Source: Iphione sp. A-MEVVRFRX5
Lineage: Eukaryota
Assembly (NCBI GenBank): GCA_976226885.1
Contig: OZ320321.1
Location: forward strand, 46,128,001 to 46,192,000
Direction: 5' to 3'
DNA: 64,000 nt
Position numbers and translations under genes: made by a program. Positions 35,558 through 48,750 of this stretch are shown in pieces (within the stretch, counting starts at the first letter, position 1; each line of letters begins with the position of its first letter). Below the pieces are notes generated by a model. It saw nothing but the letters and a program-made list of their open reading frames with translations. It made no database searches and was not told where the DNA came from.

Positions 35558-38500
35558 TCATTCTCGCTTTTCGTACCGAACTGTGTTGTGAGCACAGCTG
35601 ATAACCTTGCTGAGCGATAAGTACAAATCTAGGAATAAAAGATGACACCTGATAATTGTGCGCTCTCTATAGGCCTACTTTTATAAATGACAAAAGTGTA
35701 GTTAATATAGGCCCTATCCACCACCTATTTGGATTGAGCCGTAAAACCATGATCTTCGAATCTTCGTTAGTAACACAGATAAGACTGAGAGTAGTCCTTG
35801 TTATTTATGAGTGCTTAATATAATATGCATACAGTGTACAAAATGTATATATTATAGTGATGAAATGCTCCCAAATACTAGTGCTTTTCAGTCCTGCGAC
35901 TGTCATCTGTTACACAGATGTTAATTAATATGAGTAAGTTGAACGATCCGAAATATTTTTCTGGTAAATGTCATCTGAAATACGGTAACATCATCCTGAC
36001 ACTTTTCCCAGCGCAAGAAGTCACAAAATGAAACCGATTTCATATACATGTATATGTCTACGTGTATCAAAGTGTTCTAGTCTTGCGGTCTTACATCCAT
36101 TCAGCCGATGCAGACAGCCCAGTCTTACTATAAAGTTTGACTGATTCACAATTAGTTGAAGTTCATTGGACTGGTGAGTAATGTAAGAGGCAACACCACT
36201 TTTTGTCTCATATATTAGCTAGACCTGTCCCATCGTCATTGGGCAGAAGAACGGAACTAGTCTTTCCATCCATTAGGCCTACATTGATGCAGGGTCCACC
36301 GTTCTGAACTTAATAAGACCAAGAATCTCTTGCATAGGGCAGCGTCATTGGAAGATGTGTGCACCATCTGATATTCCCTCTGTTCTCCTCGTGGTAGAGT
36401 TAATAGGAAGCACATCAGTAATATTGTGTCCAGTTTGTCAAGGCAATGGCATAGCTAATGGAATGCATGCAAGCTACTGTGTATCGATAGAGTCACCAAG
36501 GGATATCAATTGTCTTTTATCTCCTCGTTATGGCAAGGTAAATGGAGATTATCAGCAGTCTCATCATCTCCTCGTTGTCGTATGGTTAAAGAAGGATATC
36601 AAGTGTTTTGGATGTCCTCATCATTGTATGATTAATGAAGGATATCAAATGTCTTGTATGTCTTCGTTAATCCAGCGTTAACAAGAGGCAATTCAGCAAG
36701 TGGTAATTTCTTCCCGCCTCATCGAAGACCTAATAGAAGTTTGACGGCCATTCTGCTACTTTTTAAGTATGTAAACGAAATCTGCAATAAAAAAAGACAA
36801 AAGGCGATTCTCATTTTAATAATAACTAAGACATCACTTTTCTGTCTTAAACGACGTTTTTCCAAGAAATATTCCGATTCCTCACTATGATAATTCATCT
36901 TTTCATGTATCTGTATAGTCAGAAATAGAAGTAACTATTATGTAATATTTGAAATGTTCTACTTCCATTAGTTATTAATCCGGTCTAGTCTGTTTCATTC
37001 TCCAAGTGGTAGTTTTCCTGTAGATTTCATATTTCCTACCTTCATAACTAACTATATTGTTGTCTGCTCTTGATCCTATAAGATATTCCCCTTGGCAGAA
37101 GGAGTTTTCATCGAATAAATTATTCTGAATATCCTACCTTCATAACTGACTAATCCATTCTTATCTCTGTCTGCTTCTGTAAACATCAGTTGGAGCATCT
37201 TGTCTGATAACCGCTCACCGAGCAGTTCCATCCCATCTTTTAAGTCACGCTGGAAGTGAAAAAAGAATACATGCTATCTCAATGTTAAACTTAACAGTCT
37301 ATATTTTGACTCTTAGTACAGGCTGTATCCAAGATGGCATACCAGGTTCATGTTTGTCTACCCCTCTGCGAGTTTTCGAGATAAAAAAAATCACTCCATA
37401 GAGTAGCACATAATAAATATGAGGCGGTTGCGAAGCGGGGGGGGGGGGGGGGCTTGCTCCATTTCACCATGGTGATTATGTCTTTCGCTAAGACAGAATT
37501 ACTTCAAGAGGTTGGTGTAAATTATAGTAGACAAAAACCCTACTATGTAAATGTACACGTTCATGCAGAGGAGGAGTTTATGAATTAGGTACATTCAACA
37601 GTGCAATATGGCCACATGTTTGGTACATGTATTAGCCTGATAGACGCGCAATATTCATGTTAATGAATATGTTTTCTGAACAAGTGCAAGATATAATTCA
37701 AATCAATGATGGACAATGTCCAAGCCTCTCGGCAATCGGACAATTATTCCAAAATAAAAAAATAGGTGTGTTTCTGGTAAGCCCCCCCCCCCCAAAAAAA
37801 AAACAGTTGTGTTCCTGGTAACCCACCCCTACTGATTCAAATCTCACCCTACCTAAAGATTTTTTGGCCCCAAAGAGTTTCCAAGGATGAATTTCTTTAG
37901 ATATGTGTTTTCATGGTACATGTTTTTGGTAAATTCAGTACAAAACAACAAAATCCATGGAAATTCACCCCAAACTAAAACTCATACAGTTTGGTCAAAA
38001 TTCTTCATATTGTCCTTATCATTATTGAAAACCAGAGGAAGAAAGTGGAAAAAAATACCCCCTCCCTACCTAGGTTTATGGCTGGTTTTTACCTGAAACA
38101 CACCTATTTTGGGGGGCCTAACCCACCCCTACCTAGTAAAACCTCACCCTACCTAAAAATGTTTGGGCTAAAGGTTTTTAAGGCTGAATTTCCTTAGATA
38201 CATGTTTTAACAGCACATGTTTTGGGTAAATTCAGTAGAAAAACAACAACATCCATGGAAATTCAGCAAAAAACTACAAATTGGTCAAAACTCTTCATAT
38301 TGCCTTTACTATTAGTGAAAACTAGAAGAAGAAAGTAGAAAAAAATTTAAAAGATACCCCCCGCCCTCCATACCTAGGTTTTGGGCTGGCCGTTACAGGA
38401 AACACACCTATTTTTTTGCCTTAGAAACCTTATTTAAAATATACATGTTTGTCAATAGAATCATTATTACTCCTGTACATAATCACACGACCGTCAAATA

Positions 38501-41500
38501 TACTCATACGTACAGCACCCCATCGGTCCTACACCTTCCATAATAATAGACACAATTGCTGATGTCGCCAGTTGGCAGAGATTCATCAGACATTTGATAG
38601 GGTGGTGACTCACTCTGTTCCGCTGTTCTCTTCGTACAACATTCCTAAAAGGACAGGTAGTTTGTAGTTTCTCCTGACACTGTTAAACATCAAATTCTTT
38701 ACGCTTCCACCCTTGGGGTGCTTATGTGGGTACCACATAAGATTAGCCATGTGTTGCTACGTACAACATGTACATTGTATGTGTAATTCATGGCTTCCAG
38801 TGGGATATCTTTGACGTTGCCCTGCAACTGGAAAGTGGCTCAATATATCATATTCCAGGAGAGATATAGTAATCCTAAACAGTAATATTTTTCAATATCC
38901 ATATGTTTATATTTGGCCTCATACTGGCACTTGAAGCTGAATACTCCACAAACACAAATAATAGGACATTACTATCAGTTGACTGTCAGATTTCTCACAC
39001 CGTCTACATATCCCGTGTCTTTCATAAGGTAACATATTGATGTCTATATTTATGAAAGAATAATTCATTCAATCTGATTGGAAACAAAACCGCTTCTTGT
39101 CGATCTCACAAGGACCTGTCATTTCGAACTCTAGCGGGAGCGGGAGCATATTTCCGCCTTCATCACAAAGGAGCGATTCATTCACATTGCACACTGTGAT
39201 GCTAACACACAGACAAATATATTACTGAATGGCGAACAGATAATTCACACACGTAGTCTTGTAGAAACTCTGATACACAAACACGATCATCCTCTGGGCA
39301 ACTTAACTAGGAAGGCGACTCAGAATTCACGGCAGACTTGCAGGTCCCAATACTGTAAACTACATGCACCTTTATGGCGGCTAGGTAACTCAGAGGTGTA
39401 CATGTATTCATGCAATTAGAGATTTCTGTATTACAGATAGTATTCCAAACCGTTAGATAAGGCCAAAAAATAGGTGTGTTTCTGGTAACGACCAACCCAA
39501 AACCTAGATAGGGAGGGGGGGGGTATCTTTCTTTTTATAATTTTGTTTCCACATTGTTCCTCTGGTTTTCAATAATAATAAAGGCAATATGAAGATGTTT
39601 GACCAATTTGCATGAGTTTTACAGTTTTTTTGTATTTTTATGGATTTTGTTGTTTTTCTACTGAATTTACCAAAAATATGCACTATGAAAACACATATCT
39701 AAGGAAATTCAGCCTCAGAAACTCCTTGGGACTAAAACATTTTTAGGTAGGGTGAGGTTTTACTAGGTAAGGGTGGGTTACCAGAAACACACATGATTTT
39801 TTTTTGCCCAAGGAATCCCCATAGAATAACATCAAAACACAAGTAACTAAACGGAATGAAAATTATCAAATCAGCATGAATTCTATTAAGTCACCAAGAA
39901 CTTAATCAAGTAAAGTCGACAAGATTTCAATGCGATTACATGTACTGAGGTTTTGTACTGAAAGGACCCCGCCCTATGACGTACAGTAAAGCAAAACTCA
40001 CATTTAATGTGCTCTGATATAATAACATATGCACCAAGCAATAAGTCATAATTATTAACACAGCATTAATCACATGACCTGACCTAGGCCCCATTATATA
40101 CAGCGGGCTACTCGATGGTGGTTTCTTCTATATATTATAAATTATACTATTGCTCGTGCTGACACCTAGCGGCACCAGGTAGAATTACGAACAATTTTGA
40201 AGTGCCGGGACAGGAATTGCTGCAGTGCAGTGTTATCATTGGCTGCCAGAGCGCCGGCAGTATTTTATTGGGTAAGGGGGAGAGGTACGTGTAATTAACA
40301 TTGGCTTCGTGGTACATGTATGTGGATACACAGGCACACACCAACGCGGCGGTTGTAATGACACAAAATATTTTGAAATCAAGCCAAATCAATACTGCTG
40401 TACGTTCGCAATCTAAGGTCATTGGACAGAAAATTCAACCTAGTAGCCTTGATGAAAAATATTTATAAAACTGTGTAAGAATCACAGCAGCTTGCCTGTC
40501 AGAATTTAGCCTACATTAAGATAGCTCTGAGTGGTGACAGAATACGGTATGAACAATATAAGTTGCCTTATCTCATTTGAGTTGGATTAGTTTAGACGAA
40601 TCAAAACGTCTGCTGTTAGACCTATTCCAACAGGCTGAATGGACATTTGTAAATAGCTTGCCCAGGATAGGATTAGTGAAGGGTGTTGGTCACATTATTA
40701 AATCTGTGTATGCCAAAAACCTAACAATGTTTCCAGGGGACAGAATTACTATACAATATACTTGAAATCTCCTGATATGACATGTATAATTTTGGCAACA
40801 TAAATATCAGCTCGCTGCCAAATCAACTGCTAACCTGTTGACCACCTATGCCTGTATCAAGCGCAGCCATGGCCGTCTTAAAGGTGACTCTTAACGGAAC
40901 GCCTTGCTATACAGAATCATTTTGTGGGAACTAAGTGTAAATTTTAGTTTAAATACGAATCTTTATGAATCTTTATATTATACGGATTATTCATTATAGA
41001 GACAACAGTACTGGAACAAATGGGATCTATATAGGCTATTGGTGCATGACAGTACGCGCTACATATAGAATGGACCACAATAATACGAACTATACCTACT
41101 ACAGGCTACATCTAGGGCAGAGTACAGCTTACACAGACTGCAACTAATATAGGTGGTGCTATAAGAGATTCAACTTTGCATAGCCTGGGCTTCGTCGTGT
41201 ACGGAAGGGAGCCCCGCGGACAGTGTAAGCGTGGGAGACATTGTTCTCAGATGTGTTTGAAGGTTTAAGTTTATACTTATGTATTATACTGTCACCAGAG
41301 GATAATGCCCAAGGGAAAGACAATAGGTCTATCGCCGGGAGGATTGGATATATTACTGTGGAACTCCAGCAAAACTTCAGTTCCCCTTTTCTTTGACTAT
41401 CTGTGTGGAACTTGCTTTCCACTTGCCTTCGACTGCCGACACAAGTTAAACCCTATGCATTTCTTCATGTATTTCTTTAGAGGTAACCTTTCTCTGTACA

Positions 41501-42377
41501 GCAAGGGTCTGTAGCTATAGGAAATATAATTGCATCGGTACGACAGTTAAAGAAAATGGGAGCTGAAATTTTGCTGGAGATGCGGCTTTTTTTGTAGCAA
41601 TTCCTCACGTCAAAATGGGTGCCCAATCAAAGTGCAATGTTTCCTCGATTCTTACGCAAAGGTCCCGCTATAGCGGATTTTTTGTCAGTCACCAGCGAAA
41701 CCTCAATTAGACAATGTCCGAACCTAGCACTGGTGAGTGAAGCATGGGAACTTAGCTTTGCAGTTACCGGCCGCACTCGAACTTGTGTCTCACCATAGAA
41801 ATAAAGCCATCGCCGTCTCTGTCCAGCACCTGGAAGGCGTTCCTGAGGACGCCATCGTCCCCGCTTCCCATCCGCTGCATCCACAAAATGAAGGAATCTT
41901 CGTATATCTCCCCATCTAAATACAAGGACATGGCATTAGGGAGATACTAAGACAGTTTAAGAAGATGATGTGGTCAATAGATTATGAGGTCGATAGTAGA
42001 CATATGAATGTTAGCGTCAGAGGAGATAAGCCGGAGTTAACGTGAAGCAGGGTGTAATTTTTCTTCAAAATATACCAACAAAAGTTACAACAAAAGAATC
42101 CACAGGGATTTTGGCGGTGCCTTCTGTGAGGTCAGTGTGAAAGTATGCAAAAGTACTCTCCAAAAAAAATCAATATTATGCGAACATTCGTTAAAAAAAA
42201 TAGCTGTAAATGTTGACCCAAGGTTAGACTTACATCTGTTTCCCGCGTTTTTTATGACCTTGTCGACAATGTCGTCTGCGTCCTCCTGACCAAGCATCTG
42301 GAGGCAGGCGTGTAGGTCCTCTCGACAAATCTTGCCATCCTGGTTTTGGTCAAACATGCAAAATGCTGTTTGCAGCT
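35558..42377 (-). CDS. Calmodulin-like four-EF-hand protein (5' exon(s) not resolved). Exons 42377-42234, 41915-41794, 37249-37138, probable last exon 35628-35558
   Basis: Translates to ELQTAFCMFDQNQDGKICREDL...VIKNAGNR|YGEIYEDSFILWM...LRNAFQVLDRDGDGFISM|RDLKDGMELLGERLSDKMLQLMFTEADRDKNGLVSYE|DLYLSLSKV...*. Phases join, and AATAAA lies at 35494-35489. The last exon is less certain than the others. Confidence 0.8.
37755..38420. mobile_element. Two tandem copies (~300 bp each) of a short-TIR non-autonomous DNA element, inside the EF-hand gene intron
   Basis: Units ~37805-38115 and ~38115-38420 align. Terminal motif AAAATAGGTGTGTTTCTGGTAA ... TTACNNGAAACACACCTATTTT. Confidence 0.75.
39461..39810. 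mobile_element. Third copy of the same TIR element, inverted relative to 37755-38420
   Basis: ggccaaaaaataggtgtgtttctggtaa ... ttaccagaaacacac; the interior is the reverse complement of the tandem units. Confidence 0.75.
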
Positions 42378-43987
42378 CTGAAGAGAGAAAATCGTACCTC
42401 GTCGTTTAGGAACAATTTAGACAATCAAATTTTATTTTTAACTTAATGAAACTGCAACATCATACACTGTGTAATGATTGCAAGTTACAATCACGTAATT
42501 TTTGTCTTAAGGTGTATGAAGTAATTTACTCTCTTCTTGACTGAACAGAACACACGAGAGAATTTCAATTGGTGTAACGTTATTCCCAGTCAACATGTTA
42601 CAACTGCATAGCCACTGAAACGTGAACAATAGGAAGGACAGGCCTCACGTCTCTCACATCTTCACTTCTTCTACCAATAATATAGAAAACTGCTTTGGTG
42701 TATCTCAACTTATAACCATACACACATTTAAGTAGAAACTAGGTGTCACTGTGGAGAGCTCCCCTGCTTGGTCGACGCTTATAGTCTGATCCCATACTGA
42801 TGACCATTTCCAGAAATTTCCATGATATACCATATAATATTGATATCAATGAGCACAGGTATGCAAGACGCCATTTACAGAGCCAGCAATGAATGGGCTT
42901 ATAATGACCGGTAAAAAGTATGTCTGTAATTAGGTAAGTAGGTAGGCGGGTGGGTGGGTAGAGGGAGGCTCGAACCAGCACCGTCTCCTCCAGGTTCAAT
43001 CAAAATGCCTTCTTTCCTTAAACTTTACACACCCATCCACACCCAATATACGCAACAGTTCTGATTGCCTCTCAGCCGAGGTCTCCAACTATAAGGCTAT
43101 GTCAATACATGTTTTTAGATGTGTGATATGTGTGTTTATAGTTGTGTGCATGTAGATGTGTAAATGTGTATTCAGGTATAAGTACATGTATATATATATT
43201 AAGTTATGTGTATGTAAGTGTAGATATGTGTGTAAATGTGTAATATATACATATAAAGTTGTGTAGATTGGAGTATATGTATGTGTACGTAAATAAATTT
43301 ATGTAAATGTTGATGTGTGCAGATATGTGTACAGGTATGCTGGCATAAGGATATTCTACAAGTCGGCATGACGTCACAGTGACTGATAAGGCTTGTAGCT
43401 TTAGTCAGGTTGCCTGGGGTGGAGGTGAAAAGAAGTGTGTTTCTCTCTTTGAACTATTATAATGTTTATGCCCACAATAATCTGTTGGCAATGATTTCAG
43501 AGGTAACAATGATATTGTGATGACAATACATGTAAAACTACCTCTAGATTAAGTGCATATGTCAAAATTATCATTAGTTTGTTTTCACCAGGCCTAAGAG
43601 TTTATATTAGAATATGTAGGAACTCCCTGATTATCACCCACTCTTCACCTCTGCAGTATTTTTGCTAAATTAAAACTTTTAGAAGAGTATTTTAATCTAA
43701 ACACTAAAGTGATCAGTTACATTAAGGGTTAACTTATACATTGTCCACAATGAAAAGATATGATGCTTTTTAAATTGGTAAGAATTTAGCTCTGACAACT
43801 GTTTGTTTACATGCTCACTAGCTAGAAGTGCCCGGATTGCCGACTCCAAGAATGTAGGTTTATGTATGCATGTGTTTGATATGTGTGTAACACTGTGTGC
43901 ATGTAAATGTGTGTAGGTGTGTATAGATGTGTATTGAACATGAGCTGATGAATCTGTGTAGGTGTGCCTATCTATAAGAATGTGTAG

Positions 43988-44024
<37 letters not shown>

Positions 44025-47000
44025 TTTTTCTCTAGGTGTGTATGTCAATAGGTGTGCAATGTAGGGGTTAAGTTGTGTATGTATGGGTGTGTATAAATAT
44101 GTGTAGGTTATGATTGTATAGGTGCATGTAGATATCTACATATGTGTATAGATGTGTATGTGTGAAATGCATGTCATTGTAAGTATTTGTGCATAGGTGT
44201 GTGGACATATGTGGATATGTATTTGAAGTATGAATAGGTGTCAGCATGTGTATGAAAGTGTACATGGAGATGTGTGATTTTTAAAGATTTGAATGAGTAT
44301 GTGTAAATGATTTCATGTATATGTATATATGTAGTTCTATGGATTTAGGTGTGTAGTGTTACTCATGATATAATTTTGTTAAGTGACAGTTGAATCAGAG
44401 CTGTCATTAATGCCACTCACTTATATCTTTCTATATTCACTGTTGTCAAGATTTTTAGATAACTAGAAGTTCTTATTCAGGGGAGTCCAGCATTTGCCAT
44501 CCCAGATTAACATGGAGTAAGTTTTACATCTCATCCATATAGCCTATATGACTCCACTTAGACTACATTTACTCCTTTATAAGAAGATTCAATGATCACA
44601 TGACTCTATTCTAAAAAGAGTCAAATATATGAATCTAGTCTGAGTGGAGTCATATTGACTCTGTTGTGGAAGAGAGTCAAAACTGACAGCTCAGGAGAGT
44701 GAATCTGGAGACAAGTGATGGACTCCACTTTAGAGTCACCCTGACTCCCATTTTGTTTTCAGTGAAGCCAAACAGGCTACACATGCGTTTGCATGCAAAA
44801 GCACAGACATGCACAAACATGTACACAGTCACACACACATATTCATATTCACCTCCGAACCTATGCCTGTAAAATAGGGAAATCTTTCCGCCGTGTTTAT
44901 TCAAAATCTTCCTAATTTTTTCAAATGGCATGTTTCTCTGGACAAAGGAAACAAACCTTTGACATGATAGATGATATGCCCCTTGTCAGGCATATTCAAA
45001 GGCTGATCCCCCTTAGGAAAAAACAGTATTTCTAAATGCAAACATGGCATGAACTCTGCAGTTTCTTCAGTATTTACAGATCTGTCACTCATAATGGTTT
45101 AGGTGCCTTTCACATGCATCCGGATTTTTCCATTCCATGTCTGCACACGGGGACGGATATTTCCCAGCATATTCTAAGCAGTACGGTACTTCAGATGCAT
45201 CATGATTTTTCTGTATCTGTACATGGGTGCAGATGTCAAACCATCGATGATGGGTTTGGGCCCAAATAATGTGTGGATTCCATAGGATGCAATGGTTAAG
45301 AGACAGCTGCAGACCATATGGTACTTAGCTAACACTCTCTGTAGGGGGTTTCTCCGTGTCCACACACAGGGACGGATTTTTCATCCTGATACATGTGAAC
45401 AGCGCCTTGCATTGTGCCAGGCACTATATCTGGACCATGAATCATGTGGTTAATAATACCAAATGTAAATCCAGGTTGGCAGGCACGGAACAAGACGAGA
45501 CAACGTTTTGCTGCTGACATTTAATCGTGAAGAGAGCAAAAATTATAGTGACGAAGAAGGTGAGGCCACAAATATGAGATATAAGTTTCACATCGTCAAT
45601 CCTACAAGTTGGATTTCACCATGAACGGTTCTGTGATGTGAGTGATCAGTGAAGCAAGGTATTACAACATCTGTATACGTGTGGCAATCCAATCCAATTA
45701 CTATATGCATATAATGTGTATGTAGATAATATTTAACGTGTACATTTATGATGATCTTTTAACGTGTACATTTATGAAAAAAACATAGAGTGCCATATCT
45801 ATCAAAGGGCCAAAGCATATGAAACAAAAGGAAAAAATGTTTTTTTAAAAGGGAAAAAACTACCGAGCAATGGGCAGTACCTGAGAACATTTTATTGTTT
45901 ATTTTTCATTTTGGAAACGGTCCGACAACTGAACAAGTTCAGCGAAACACCACACGCTGAAAAAAACTCACAGCCATATCATTGTGGGGAGGCACAACAG
46001 AGCCGTTGTAACCACAGCTGTTTTTGTGGCTACCGTGATGGTCCTTCTGAGGTTTTCGTCTCAGTCTTTTTAAATTTTTGGCTGGAGGGCATAAAGGCAG
46101 TCTGCCAGCGAATACCAGAGAAGGACATCGAGACCAGAGGGTCTTTGTCAAGGTGGTAAAGCTTGTGGGGAAGCGAGCGTGCGGGGGGGGGGGAGGGGTG
46201 GAGGTGAATGAGAGTCAGGGGATAGACGGTTCGTGCAAAGTGGTTCGTAAAGGGAAACGAGGAAGAAGGACGAAAGGGAAGAGAGGGGTACGAGGAGGAA
46301 GGGACGACTGGGGAGGAGGACATTTTCAGTGATGGAGGGAAAAAAGAAGAGGAAAGATCAGGGAAAGCAGAAGCGGGAGACCAGGATGGAGGGAGGGAGT
46401 GAGGAAGGGAGTGTAAATTTGATGACGAAAATATCCAGGGAAAGGCAAAGAGGTGGTTGGGCAAGGGAAACAGGCATGGGAGGGACGGGGTGAATGAGAG
46501 TGCGTGGAAGGGAGGATGTGAAAAGAGGAGAAGGGTGGCGGGTTGCAAGAGAAAGGCACAGGGAGGAATAGCGAGAGATGGAGAGAGGAAGGGTAAGGGG
46601 AGACAGATGGGATGAAAGAGAGGGGAGAAACAGGGGAAGGCAATAGCAGAGAGCATGTAGGAGAATGTGTGGAAAAGGGAAGGGGCAACAGAATAAAACA
46701 GAAAGCGAAAGCGGGAGAGAAGGATGGGCAGAGAGGAGAGGGAGAGAAAGATAGGACGAGAGGATGGTGAGAGAGACGTTTCTGGGCCTGGAGAGTAGGG
46801 TAGGGTAGAGTAGGGGCGGACAGGAGGCAGAGCCAGTGAGGTTTATATAGGCCGGGTATTTATTTTAACTTTCTGATATTACATATATATAATACATTGG
46901 TCTTGTGTCAATTTATATGTGTAACATATCAGTCTCGTCTTAACAGCCCCGTAGTGAAAAGATTAGACTAACCTTAACATCAGTGTGATGTTATATTTCA

Positions 47001-48330
47001 TTTTCATTTCATTTCATCGTATCTTTAACCAGGAACTATATAAAAGACTTGTTTATACTGTTCATTTCAATTAGTCTCAACTCATTCATTAAAATGGGCA
47101 TAAAAAGGAGTAAAGTGTCCCAGTACACCACTCTATTACGATTTAGTCCTGAAGATAAGAAAGTGAAAGATTTACAACACCGCTATCACTTTGATTATTA
47201 AATTTCAGGCTTTTTTTTCGAACGGTGAGGACTGACAAATGTCTTTTCATACGGCATGCACAACAGGAAATTATTTAAACAACGAAGCATATAGACGAAG
47301 ATAAAGGTCATCTGTACTGATGTATTATTGAAGGTACCGGAAATCCTGGATGTATAAGTCGTTAAAACCGTCGTTAACAAGGCGAAGGCTCCAAGTTATT
47401 TATGATCAGAGATCAACCGAGACAGATAGCTCATTAAAGATAACATCTTTGGTGTCGGGATGAGTTGGGCTAGCTTTAGCTAAGTGTGCCTCTCTCATAC
47501 AATTAGCTATCAGAAGGTTGGCATCCCACTTCAGACCCGGTGCACATTCTTTGAATGGTTTACAGTTAGGTGCGAATCACTTTTCAAGTTCACTTCACAA
47601 GTTCGCATCATACAATATCACTGTGCAAAGCCATTTTTACAATTTAACTTTACGCATTCATCCACTTACTTTGCAATTTCCCTTTTAAAGTTAACACTGT
47701 GAAGGTACCCCAATGTTTTACTGTACACGATCAGTTTTTGTTTCAGTGTACTCTATGCATTTTAGTTCATTTCCAGAGTCTGATCTGTGGGATATCACAC
47801 AGGCGTAGGGGTTTTCAGACTGGGACAAAACGATTAATCCCACACTTTTCTAAACAAAGGCCAGTATATCCAACGTATATCCGATTCTGTCCCTTGTGCC
47901 TGTTATAAATGTGCATTATGTACACAATTTAATTGATATTTCAAAGATAAAGATTTCCAGCTACTAGAAAATAATACATCCGGCTGTGCATATAGGTATA
48001 ATTATTGTATGCTTCGTAAGAAACTAAATACACTGTAATTCAAGATTTGGTACAAACTAGATTCATCTCAGCTACATCTACGTTCTTTCTGATTGATGCA
48101 TTACGACTTAGTACCTTGGATATCATTGTGTCTCATTTTACATTCGTGAACTGTGATGTACATTCGTGTTAAATACAACTGTAATAATAAAATGACTCCA
48201 GAGGTATACGAAGCTTCCCACATACTATTGAACTATAGTTTCTATTTGACCAAGATTTCTACAGAATATCTGAATCTAGCATAATAGAAATTTGTGACAT
48301 AAGCATATGTGTAAACATGCATATTTTTAT

Positions 48331-48750
48331 TTTATGAAGACTTTTCCTGTCTTTGGAGAGCTAGCACCTGCTGGGAATTGAACCCCATGAAAGGCTAACA
48401 CCTAACAACAGCTAAAGGGAAAACACTGCTTGCCATGGGCTATAGGTTGACTTTCTGGATTCATTAACTTAGCACTCTCTCCTTACACAATTGAATTGGC
48501 ATGTACCACTCATGCAATTACTGTACATATATACACTTCTTTTGGCATTTTCATATATTAAGATCATTTTGGTTCTCCACCAGTTTTAGTTTATGAAGAT
48601 TTTTCTAGTCTTTGGAGAACTAGCACTTGCTGGGAATTGAATCTCAGACCTTTGGCATGAGAGGCCAACACCCAACCATCTGAGCTAAAGGGGAAAGCAG
48701 ACTAGCCAAGGGCTAGAGGTTGAACTTCTAGCATCATTAACGTAACACTA
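48331..48750 (-). mobile_element. Two diverged copies of a tRNA-derived SINE-like sequence (48331-48478, 48590-48750)
   Basis: The copies align with each other. The minus strand has A box TAGCTCAGATGG (second copy) and B box GGTTCAATTCCC / GATTCAATTCCC. Confidence 0.55.

Noticed and set aside
44560-44760. Cluster of GACTC/GAGTC motifs
   Set aside because: No consistent period or termini; probably a decayed repeat.
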